This document shows positions 7,378-15,014 of a stretch of DNA of 20,000 bases, in pieces. The position numbers and the translations under genes were made by a program. The DNA is from an uncultured virus (IMG/VR IMGVR_UViG_3300009681_000519). Its lineage: Duplodnaviria; Heunggongvirae; Uroviricota; Caudoviricetes. The notes under the pieces are model-generated. The model was given only the letters and a program-made list of their open reading frames with translations. It was not told the DNA's origin and did no database searches. The stretch lies in the IMG/VR virus record IMGVR_UViG_3300009681_000519; one strand, given 5' to 3'. Each line of letters opens with the position of its first letter. Position 1 is the first letter of the stretch.

Positions 7378-9114
7378 CTACTCGCTCTCCACGTTGACCG
7401 TCGTCGGTTGCACGTTCAATGGCGGCGGCTCGATCTGCTCGCCCGGCGGCAGCACCTTGTCGGCACGAATCTCGATGTAGTTGATGAGTTCGAGGTCGAG
7501 CTTCACGCCCTCCTCGTTCGACCAATCCATCTGCATCGACCGCAACCGGAACGTCTTGGGCAACCCGATGTTGTTGACCGAATCGCTGTACGTCTTCGCG
7601 AACTCGCGCGAGTACCCGATGCGCCGCAGGAACCGTTCGGCGTCGGTCACGGTTGCGTCCTCGGCCTCGCCGACCGTGAACACCAAGTCGCGGTCGATGC
7701 CGACATCAACCGGGTCGCCCGGCTTGAGGTCGAGCAGGTCGGGGTCGCGGTTGCTGCCGCCGAACGAAGCGAGGTTCTTCGTCGACACCCGCACTTGCAC
7801 CTCGTTGCGCGACTGCGTTTCGTAGTAGGTCTGCGCGATGAGGCGCAACGTCTTTTCGTCCTTCACGCCCTGGATGCGGACCACTTGCCACTTCTCGTCG
7901 GTCGCGTTGCCCGGCGGTGCCCGCAACACCCGGTCGCCCTTGAGCGGGTATCGGGCGACGAGCGTCTTCTTGCGTTCCCCGTTGTAGCACCGCACCTCGA
8001 TGTTCGTCGGCACTTGCTTCGTGAACCGACGCCGCACCGACATCTCGGCGAGGTTGCGCCCGTACACGAGCAGCCGGTTCTTGAGCACCCGCCCCGACGG
8101 CAACACCCGCCCCGTGAACGGGTCGTCGGGCCGCGTGCCGTAGCGGTTCGAGTACTTCGTGTGCGGCGGTTGCACGATGACCGTCACGCCGTCGAAGTAG
8201 GCGACATGCCCGACCGCCCCGCACACGTCGACGATGTAGTCCCACACCGTGAGCTTGCTGTCGCCGCCCCCCTTCGGGGCCGGGCCGAGATTCGGCCGGA
8301 ACGCCGTCTTGGCGAGGGCATCGCCGAGCACCGGCGGTGGCGTGCCGACCGGCCGATACTCGACCGCGAGCCCGCGGAACTGCGGGAAGTTCGCGAGGTA
8401 GTTTGCAATCGCCTCGTCGAGCGGCTTCTTGCCGTCGATGGTCAACGCGGGCGGTGCGGGCTGGTCGACGAGCAGGCGCGAGTTGTCGCTGCACTCCAAC
8501 CGCACGATCGGTTCGTCCTCGTCGGGGAACTCCGTTTCAATGTCGTCGACCCACCCCTGGAACCGAAGGTTGGTTCGCGGCTTCCCGGCCGGGTCGGTGA
8601 ACGTGTCGGGCACGACGTTCAACGGTTCGCCGCTACCCTCCGCACCCGATGCACCCGATGGCCGCGATGCACCCGCGAGCCCGCGGCGGAAGTCATCGGC
8701 CGTGACCGTGCCGAGGTAGAACTCGATGGCGCACGACCGGATCGCCCGAGGGTCGAGCGGGAAGTCGGCATAGCGCAGCTCGACCGACAGCTTGTTGCCG
8801 TCCCTGATGCCCTGCATGCGCAACGTCGCCGTGACCGGGATGATGCCGCCGATCTCGCGCGTGAGGTTGTCGCTGCTCGTCGTCTGCTGCTGCGGCGGGC
8901 CGCCGGGCAACGGGCCGCCCTTCGCCTTGAGCTTCCACGCATTGCCGTCCTTGACGACCGCGAGCGACGGGTCCTGCCCGGCACCGCGCATCGTGAGCGG
9001 CTTCTTCGCTGGTGGTGGCGGCAGCAACCGCGACCCGTAGTCCTCGAACCGAATCGACAACCGGACCTTGGCCGACGGGAAGTAGTTCTGGGGCGGCACT
9101 TCGCGGTCGGGCAT
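7378..9114 (-). CDS. Baseplate hub protein (Mu gp44 / P2 gpD / T4 gp27-like), 578 aa
   Basis: FQGWVDDIETEF...VRLECSDNSRLLVD, TVWDYIVDVCGAVGHVAYFDGVTVIVQ, LVYGRNL and LKPGDPVDV...FRLRSMQMDWSNEEGVKLDLEL are hub-type motifs; located between the LysM protein and the spike; SD GGGGGAG before ATG 9114. Confidence 0.8.
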   Translation of the reverse strand: MPDREVPPQNYFPSAKVRLSIRFEDYGSRLLPPPPAKKPLTMRGAGQDPSLAVVKDGNAWKLKAKGGPLPGGPPQQQTTSSDNLTREIGGIIPVTATLRMQGIRDGNKLSVELRYADFPLDPRAIRSCAIEFYLGTVTADDFRRGLAGASRPSGASGAEGSGEPLNVVPDTFTDPAGKPRTNLRFQGWVDDIETEFPDEDEPIVRLECSDNSRLLVDQPAPPALTIDGKKPLDEAIANYLANFPQFRGLAVEYRPVGTPPPVLGDALAKTAFRPNLGPAPKGGGDSKLTVWDYIVDVCGAVGHVAYFDGVTVIVQPPHTKYSNRYGTRPDDPFTGRVLPSGRVLKNRLLVYGRNLAEMSVRRRFTKQVPTNIEVRCYNGERKKTLVARYPLKGDRVLRAPPGNATDEKWQVVRIQGVKDEKTLRLIAQTYYETQSRNEVQVRVSTKNLASFGGSNRDPDLLDLKPGDPVDVGIDRDLVFTVGEAEDATVTDAERFLRRIGYSREFAKTYSDSVNNIGLPKTFRLRSMQMDWSNEEGVKLDLELINYIEIRADKVLPPGEQIEPPPLNVQPTTVNVESE

Positions 9115-9118
9115 CGGG

Positions 9119-10405
9119 TCACTCCCCCACGAGGTTCTTGATGGTGGCGAGGTTGGGGATGATGAGCACCGCCCCGACCGGCGGTGCGACCGCGAACGCG
9201 ACCGGCGTGCGCTTGAGCCCGCCACCGACCGGCACGACCGGCGGCAGCGAGTTCTTGTTCACCTTTGCGATGGCGTACCCGTAGTCGGGCGTCTGGTAGA
9301 ACATCATCGAGATCGACGCATAGGTGTCGCCCTTGCGCGCCACCCATACCCCGATGATGTCGGCGGGTGCCGCGCTCGACTTCGTGCGGCCCGAACCCGT
9401 CGGCCGCGATGCGCCCCGGTCGCGCGACCGTTCGAGCAGCACCACCGCCGAATCGGTCGCCTCGTTCACGTTGTCCTCGGTCGACCCGAAGTAGCTCGTC
9501 GTCTGCAACAGGTTCGACACCTTGTTCTGGAGCGCGAGCGTTTCCGGGGCCGGTTGCGAGATGGCGTCGCAGAACTGCGTGCACACCGCGACCGCGTTCG
9601 TCGCCGTGTCGACGCACTCGCCCGCGAGTTCGGCGGTCAACCCGCGCATCTTGAGCGCGAGGTCGCCGATGTGCTTCAGCCGGTTCGTGATGGCGTCGCC
9701 GAACCGCGTGAACGATTGAAGCATCTTCATCGGGCCGTTGGCGAAGGCCTCGATGTCGCCGAGCGTGAACGTCGTCGCGGGCGGGTTCTGCGCCCGTTTC
9801 GATTGCTTCGCCGACGCTTGGTCGCTGAGGGCCTTCGACACCGCGTCGGCGAACTTCGCCTTTGCGTCGCGCACCGCCGCGTCAACGTCCTCGCCCCGCA
9901 GCGCAATCGCCCGTTGCATGACCCGACCGCGCGAGATCCACTCGAACTTGATCTGCCATTGAATGTCGTCCATGCGGATATGCTTGAACGTCCACTCAGC
10001 GGCCCGGCCCTCGCGCATGATCGACCGCGCATCGTCGTCGGAACCGGTGGACCACGTGACACGCAACCGCGTGCCCGCGTTGAACAGCACGTCGAGGATC
10101 TCGCGCATCGTCGACGCCCGCACGATCGCCTGCTGCGGTGCACCGGCGGCCGACGTGAACCACGACGGGTCGACGATCATGCGGGTCGTGTTCCACTCAC
10201 CTTCCCATTCCGACGGCAACTCGATCGGGCCGAGCACCTGTTGTGTCGCCTCGGCGTTGTTGCCGACGTACCACTTCGTGGACAGCCGCATCTGCGACCC
10301 CCAGGCGGCCCCCTGAAACGGCAACGCCGCACCGATGAGCCCGACCTTGCGCTTGTCGCCCGTCAGCTCCTCGATGACGATTGTGGATGATTGCTGAACC
10401 GCCAC
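9119..10405 (-). CDS. Tube-initiator / baseplate protein with C-terminal LysM-like (tail X-like) domain, 428 aa
   Basis: C-terminal WVARKGDTYASISMMFYQTPDYGYAIAKVN...PPVGAVLIIP fits the phage LysM/gpX pattern; N-terminus is beta-rich like tube-fold initiators; SD GGGAGG before GTG. Confidence 0.75.
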   Translation of the reverse strand: MAVQQSSTIVIEELTGDKRKVGLIGAALPFQGAAWGSQMRLSTKWYVGNNAEATQQVLGPIELPSEWEGEWNTTRMIVDPSWFTSAAGAPQQAIVRASTMREILDVLFNAGTRLRVTWSTGSDDDARSIMREGRAAEWTFKHIRMDDIQWQIKFEWISRGRVMQRAIALRGEDVDAAVRDAKAKFADAVSKALSDQASAKQSKRAQNPPATTFTLGDIEAFANGPMKMLQSFTRFGDAITNRLKHIGDLALKMRGLTAELAGECVDTATNAVAVCTQFCDAISQPAPETLALQNKVSNLLQTTSYFGSTEDNVNEATDSAVVLLERSRDRGASRPTGSGRTKSSAAPADIIGVWVARKGDTYASISMMFYQTPDYGYAIAKVNKNSLPPVVPVGGGLKRTPVAFAVAPPVGAVLIIPNLATIKNLVGE

Positions 10406-10455
10406 GCCGACCTCCCGTCGTCAATGCGCGGCCGGGGTCGTCGGGTAGCAGTCCG

Positions 10456-11439
10456 TCAGTGGCAGCCCTTCGCCCCGGCCATCGTCTTCGTCGCCCACGT
10501 CGCAAGGGGCGGCTCGCCCTTTGCGCCCTTGCCGCCCTTGGCACCCTTGGCTGCCGCGGGCGGTGCGGCCGGGGCCGTTGCGGGTGCGGCGGGTGTCGTG
10601 GCACCGGCCGCGGCATCCTCCGGGGTCATCGTCGCAAGCTGCCCGACCTGCGCAATGGCGTCGGCCAGCATCGACTTGATCTCCTCGATCTGCGCCGCGG
10701 CACCGGCCGCAGCCGTGATGTCGTCGTCCTTCTTCGCCTCCTCGGCCGCTTTCACGATGTCGTCGGCGGTGTCGACCGCCTCCTCGGCCGACGCGAGGAT
10801 GGCATCGGCCGTCGACGGGTCGTCGAGTTCATCGATCGCGTCCTGCAACTGCTTGAGCATGTCGGGCAGTTCGTCGGCGCACGCCGTCGCCTGTTCGACG
10901 AACTCGGTTGTGCTGTGCAGTTCGGTGCCAGCCGCGGCCTCGGCCGCCTGCGTCTCGGGCGATTCGGCCGCCTCGTCGGCCGCCGTTTCCACGCCCTCCT
11001 CGGGTGGCACCGCCGCATCGGGGCCGGTCGCACCCGTCGCACCGCATGCCGCCTGCACCGCCGTCGTGCATGCCTCGGCGCATGCGTCGGCGACCTCGGG
11101 CGGGCATGATGTCGCGCATGCCGCCTGCACCGCCGTCGCGCATGCCTCGGCAAGCTGTGCCCGGCACTCCTCCTCGGTCACACCGCCTTCAGCGAGCGAG
11201 GTCGCGACATCGTTGCAGGCCGCAACGCATGCGTCGGCGCATGCCGCCGCGCATGCCTCGGCCGATTCGGGCGGGCAGGCCTGCCCGCATGCGGCCATCA
11301 CAGCCTCGGTGCATGCCGCCGCGCACTCGGCGCAGACCGCCTCGACATCGGCACCCGTCAGCATGCCGGTGCCGTCGGCATCGTCGTCGTCCACACCCGG
11401 CACCGGACCAACCAAACTCTTGAGCAACGGCATCGGCAT
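10456..11439 (-). CDS. Cys-rich, acidic, Ala-rich hypothetical protein, 327 aa
   Basis: SD GAGG before ATG 11439; 16 Cys in a ~100-aa segment with CxxxC periodicity, 18 Cys in total; Lys-rich C-terminal tail. Confidence 0.75.
   Translation of the reverse strand: MPMPLLKSLVGPVPGVDDDDADGTGMLTGADVEAVCAECAAACTEAVMAACGQACPPESAEACAAACADACVAACNDVATSLAEGGVTEEECRAQLAEACATAVQAACATSCPPEVADACAEACTTAVQAACGATGATGPDAAVPPEEGVETAADEAAESPETQAAEAAAGTELHSTTEFVEQATACADELPDMLKQLQDAIDELDDPSTADAILASAEEAVDTADDIVKAAEEAKKDDDITAAAGAAAQIEEIKSMLADAIAQVGQLATMTPEDAAAGATTPAAPATAPAAPPAAAKGAKGGKGAKGEPPLATWATKTMAGAKGCH
11043..11151. repeat. ~37-bp direct repeat (1 mismatch) at 72-bp spacing inside the Cys-rich gene
   Basis: cgcatgccgcctgcaccgccgtcg(t/c)gcatgcctcggc at 11043 and 11115, encoding AEAC(A/T)TAVQAAC. 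Confidence 0.85.
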
Positions 11440-11465
11440 TGCGCACCTCGTCAGTTCCTTCGGCG

Positions 11466-11474
11466 AGGCTACCA
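11466..11474 (-). promoter_or_regulatory. Extended -10 TGG-TAGCCT of a putative promoter for the Cys-rich gene
   Basis: Minus strand TTGGAT-18-TAGCCT; the 11-mer TGGTAGCCTCG is identical to that upstream of gene 6282. Confidence 0.55.
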
Positions 11475-11504
11475 CGCCGCCCCGCGTTCATCCAACCCCG
11501 TCGG

Positions 11505-13478
11505 TCACGTACCAAACGGGCTCGTGGTGATGGCCTGCAACCGGTTCTCGACAACGCGGGCGATGTCCCGCTCGAACACGATCGCAACCCGGTCGGGGTC
11601 CTGGTCCCTGAAGTTTTGCTCGATCTTGAACGTCGCCGACCCGATTGACACCTCCGGGGCGGCTGGCTTCCCCTTGTCGCCCTTCGCCTTGTCCTTCGAT
11701 GCGGCACCCTCAAGCTGCTTCGCGAGTTCGTCGAGTTCGGCCGACTTGCCCTTGATCATGTTCGCGAGGCTGTCCATCGCGTCACCGGTCAACGAGGTCG
11801 AATTGAGGAACGCGGATTGCAGCTCCTTGTTCTTGACCATCACGTTGGCGATATACACCGCGACCGCTTCGTTGTGCGTGCCGATGGCCCCGGTGAACCC
11901 CGTCGACAGCTTCTCCACCGCCGGTCCCATGTCGACCGTCTTGAGGTCAACCCCGGCCTTGCGCAGGTTGTCGAACACCGCCGCCATCTTGTCGAATTGC
12001 TCGACCTGCGCCCGTGCCGCCCGGTGTGCGGCCCACGTCGCGTCGGCGATCTCGCCCATCTGCCGGGTGTTCATCCCGGCCTCCTTCGCCCACTTGATCA
12101 TTGCGGCCCGACGGTCCTCGAACGATGCGATCTCCTGCTTCGTCCACTCGCGCAGCATCGTGTTCTGGTCGTTCCGCATGCCCTTGAACATATCTGCGAC
12201 CGCGGCCGCGTTCTTCGCGTCCTCGCTCGTCAGGCCGCCCTCGTCGATGAGCTTCTTGGCCTGCCACGCCGCGGCACCGACGCCCGCGACCGCGAGCGCG
12301 AACGCCCCGAGCGCGGCCGCTGCACCCGCCGCACCGGCACCACCCGCCGCGATTCCGAGTGCGGGCACACCCGATGCCGCGGCCGACACGACGCCCTTGC
12401 CGACATCGACGGCCGCACCCGCAATCGGGGCCGCCGTCTTCGCCCCGTAGATGAGGGCAAGCTCGGTCTTGTGCGCGATGATGAAAGTGACGACCTCCTT
12501 CGCGAACTTCCACGCATCGACGATCGCGTCCTTGATCTCGACCTGATGCTCCTTGATCCACTTGAACCCGTCGCGGATCGCCTCCCCGGCCGCCGTCACG
12601 GCCTTCGACACGTCGCCCGACATCGACTTCGCGAACTCCTCGACTTGGTCGCGGGACCGCTTCATCCAATCGACGAGCTTCTTGAGTTCGGGCATGACCG
12701 CCCGCAGCAACGGTTCGCCGAGCTTTTCCTTCGCAACCTCCCAGGCGGTGTCGAGGGATTGCACCATCTGCTTGAGCGACGGTTCCGCCTTGCCCATCGA
12801 CCCCGCGAGCTGGTCGAGCCCGGTCGCGAGCGCCTTCGTGCGTTGCTCCTCGGTCATCTGTGCCCACAGCGCGGCCGCCTTCTTCGTGTTATCGCCGAAG
12901 ATGCCCGTCGTTTGAAGGAGCTGGAACAACGACCCGCGGGTGCGCAGGATGCCCTCGCCCATCATGCCGAACTCGGTCGCGACCGCCGACACATCCATGC
13001 CCATGACGCCCGCGATCGTTGCCATCTTGCCGATCTGGTCCCGTGCCGATGCGACCCCGGTCGCCGTCGCCCCGGTCAACGTGAGTAGCTGGCGGAACCC
13101 GGCCTCGACCTGTTCACCCGCGACCCCGGCGTTGATGGCGATGTCGTCGAGCGCGTCGCCGAGTTCGTTTGCGTTCGCGTTCGCCCGCGCCCACGACGAC
13201 CCCTGCGCGGTCATGATCAGGGCCGCGACCGCGTTGTCGGCCGCCTGCCCGCTCGCGGCCGCATCGAGGAACGACTTGCCGAAGGCGTACACCGAGTGAA
13301 TCGCGGGCATGAGGTTCACGGCCGCGAACGTCGACAGCATGTTGCCGAACGCCGACCCGCCCGCCTGCGCCTGATGCTGTGCGTCGGCCGTCTCCTTGAA
13401 CCCCGACTTGATGCTGTTGAGCGCCGCCGATGCGCGGTCATCGAGGGTCAGCGTGGTCCTGACGTTGACATCGGACAT
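11505..13478 (-). CDS. Tail tape measure protein, 657 aa
   Basis: Directly after the chaperone pair; N-terminal TTLTLDDRASAALNSIKSGF; Ala/Gly-rich helical composition with Trp/Phe periodicity (GFKWIKEHQVEIKDAIVDAWKFAKEVVTFI) and a hydrophobic segment. Confidence 0.85.
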   Translation of the reverse strand: MSDVNVRTTLTLDDRASAALNSIKSGFKETADAQHQAQAGGSAFGNMLSTFAAVNLMPAIHSVYAFGKSFLDAAASGQAADNAVAALIMTAQGSSWARANANANELGDALDDIAINAGVAGEQVEAGFRQLLTLTGATATGVASARDQIGKMATIAGVMGMDVSAVATEFGMMGEGILRTRGSLFQLLQTTGIFGDNTKKAAALWAQMTEEQRTKALATGLDQLAGSMGKAEPSLKQMVQSLDTAWEVAKEKLGEPLLRAVMPELKKLVDWMKRSRDQVEEFAKSMSGDVSKAVTAAGEAIRDGFKWIKEHQVEIKDAIVDAWKFAKEVVTFIIAHKTELALIYGAKTAAPIAGAAVDVGKGVVSAAASGVPALGIAAGGAGAAGAAAALGAFALAVAGVGAAAWQAKKLIDEGGLTSEDAKNAAAVADMFKGMRNDQNTMLREWTKQEIASFEDRRAAMIKWAKEAGMNTRQMGEIADATWAAHRAARAQVEQFDKMAAVFDNLRKAGVDLKTVDMGPAVEKLSTGFTGAIGTHNEAVAVYIANVMVKNKELQSAFLNSTSLTGDAMDSLANMIKGKSAELDELAKQLEGAASKDKAKGDKGKPAAPEVSIGSATFKIEQNFRDQDPDRVAIVFERDIARVVENRLQAITTSPFGT

Positions 13479-13484
13479 GAGGGA

Positions 13485-13490
13485 AGCGTA
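13485..13490 (-). promoter_or_regulatory. -10 box TACGCT of a putative leaderless promoter, 6 nt before the tape measure ATG 13478
   Basis: Minus strand: GCTACGCT TCCCTC ATG; no SD. Confidence 0.6.
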
Positions 13491-13517
13491 GCGCCGGGCC
13501 GCACCGCCCGGCAACCA

Positions 13518-13543
13518 CCGACGGATGATCGATCATCCGTCGG
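13518..13543. repeat. Palindrome copy 3 (20-bp core 13521-13540, extended to a perfect 26-bp palindrome)
   Basis: CCG-ACGGATGATCGATCATCCGT-CGG; intergenic. Confidence 0.95.
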
Positions 13544-13549
13544 GCCAGG

Positions 13550-13897
13550 TCATAGGTCCGTTTCCCGTTTCGATGACATCGGGTTCTCGGCCTTGAGCAG
13601 TTCCGACGTTTCGTGCACCCACGACCATAGCTCGTCCACCGGCATGTCGCCGAACGTCGCCGCTTGCTGGTGCATGTAGCGACCGAGATACGCCGCGCGC
13701 CATGCCCGAATCCGCATCATCTCGGACGGGTCGAACGATGACGCGATGAGTGCATCGAACCGGGCACCGTCGGCGTCGGTGCCCGTGAACTGCGCGAGGG
13801 TCCGAAGGCGTGCCCGCACCACGTCAGGGTCGAGCGTTTCGCCGTCGTCGTCGACCCTCAACCCGTCGTGCGCAGCTCGATGCAACTCTCGAAAAAA
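13550..13897 (-). CDS. Tail assembly chaperone -1 frameshift extension (gpT-like part of the gpGT fusion)
   Basis: ORF lies in the -1 frame relative to 13858-14433 and is entered at T TTT TTC (13897-13891): ...RTFF-RELHRAAHDGLRVDD...; ends with AYLGRYMHQQAATFGDMPVDELWSW. Confidence 0.8.
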   Translation of the reverse strand, partial: FFRELHRAAHDGLRVDDDGETLDPDVVRARLRTLAQFTGTDADGARFDALIASSFDPSEMMRIRAWRAAYLGRYMHQQAATFGDMPVDELWSWVHETSELLKAENPMSSKRETDL

Positions 13898-14433
13898 GTG
13901 CGGCGGTCATCCTCCGACAGCACGTGCAGTTGCGTGTAGATGCGGATCAACATCTGCCTGCACTTGCCTCCGATCTCGCGCCACCACTGGTCGATGTTGC
14001 CGGGGCCGGGGTCGCCCGACCAGTCGACAACGTGCCCGTCGACCGACCGGATCATCTGCTTGGCGAGTTCGTTCGCCGCCCGGTTCGGGTCGCCGATTGC
14101 GCGGCCGAGCGCCACCTTCTCGTCGATGTCGGTGAGCCCCCACACGATGCACTGACGATCGCCCCGATGCGGTGCATCGGTCCACTCGGCCTTGAACCGG
14201 ATGAACGCGACCTGACGCCCGCGCGGGAACTTGAGGTTGGGCGGCACGGTTGCCCACTTCGGCGCACCGCCCGACCGTGCATCGGGTAGCGGCGCGAACT
14301 GTCGTGGTGCCGGTTCCTCCGCAGGCGGGCTCAGGTCATCGTTCGTCGCGGGGTACGTTTCGTCTTCGAGGGCGAGCGGCTGCTCCTCGTCGACGGCCGC
14401 GGGTGCGGCGGTTGCGGGTTGCTTCGTTTCCAT
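13858..14433 (-). CDS. Tail assembly chaperone (gpG-like), 191 aa
   Basis: Between tube and tape measure; SD GGGAGG upstream of ATG 14433; slippery heptamer near the 3' end. Confidence 0.8.
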   Translation of the reverse strand: METKQPATAAPAAVDEEQPLALEDETYPATNDDLSPPAEEPAPRQFAPLPDARSGGAPKWATVPPNLKFPRGRQVAFIRFKAEWTDAPHRGDRQCIVWGLTDIDEKVALGRAIGDPNRAANELAKQMIRSVDGHVVDWSGDPGPGNIDQWWREIGGKCRQMLIRIYTQLHVLSEDDRRTFFESCIELRTTG

Positions 14434-14457
14434 TGTCCTATCCTCCCGTTGAACAAG

Positions 14458-14521
14458 TGGGCTGGCGGTCGGCAGGAGGTGCCGCGGCCCGTCGACCGCT
14501 GCGACCGAACCGCCAAGCCCA
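14458..14521 (-). terminator. Long imperfect stem-loop between tube and chaperone genes (possible attenuator/terminator or processing site)
   Basis: mRNA UGGGCUUGGCGGUUCGG pairs with CCGACCGCCAGCCCA (two bulged U), with inner GCAG/CUGC and CGG/CCG stems; followed by CUUGUU. Confidence 0.5.
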
Positions 14522-14555
14522 TCCGTTGACCGTTGCCGGGGTCGCGACCGTCGCG

Positions 14556-15002
14556 TCACGGCAACGAGTTCTTCTGCACCGTCCGTTCGCTGGACTTGCC
14601 CTCGACCTTGACCTTCACGAAGTCGCCGCGGGATGCAATCGAGGTCGGCTGCGCCCCGAACCGCACGTCCTTGTAGGTCAGGATGAGGGTGTCGCCGTTC
14701 GAGTAGAAGTCGGTTCGCACGACGTTGAACACCATGTCGGGCGTCTTGCGTTGCGCCCGGTCGATGATGGCGGTCTGGAAGTCGACCCACGCCGCCTGCG
14801 TGACCTGGAACTCCAGATCCATCGAGTACCCGCGCAGAATGTCGTCGAACCGGTCGACGGGCTCACCGAGGAACCCGTCCTGCTTCGTTTCGAGCATGAC
14901 CGAATCGTTGAACGAACCGATGGCCGCAATCGTTGTCAGCGGTTGACCCGCCTGCACCAACCGAATCTCGACCTCTTGACCCTTGAGTCTTGCGTCGGCC
15001 AT
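14556..15002 (-). CDS. Tail tube protein, 148 aa
   Basis: Immediately after the sheath; strong SD AAGGAGG; size and beta-rich pattern (GYSMDLEFQVT...FNVVRTDFYSNGDTLILTYKDVRF) typical of contractile tail tubes. Confidence 0.85.
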   Translation of the reverse strand: MADARLKGQEVEIRLVQAGQPLTTIAAIGSFNDSVMLETKQDGFLGEPVDRFDDILRGYSMDLEFQVTQAAWVDFQTAIIDRAQRKTPDMVFNVVRTDFYSNGDTLILTYKDVRFGAQPTSIASRGDFVKVKVEGKSSERTVQKNSLP

Positions 15003-15014
15003 GACCGCGCCTCC

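Noticed and set aside
10048..10063. Other CACGTG cores (here and at 13921) as extra parS sites
   Set aside because: Flanks do not match the GTTNCAC/GTGAAAC arms and both lie within coding sequence.
10450..10460. CTGACGGAC at the end of the Cys-rich gene as a palindrome half-site
   Set aside because: Only a short partial match with no dyad partner and no TANNCT-ATG geometry; likely chance.
774..13540. Palindromes as CRISPR repeats or transposon/invertible-segment ends
   Set aside because: Copies are kilobases apart with no spacer array, no cas, transposase or recombinase gene is seen in the window, and gene order across the sites is normal.
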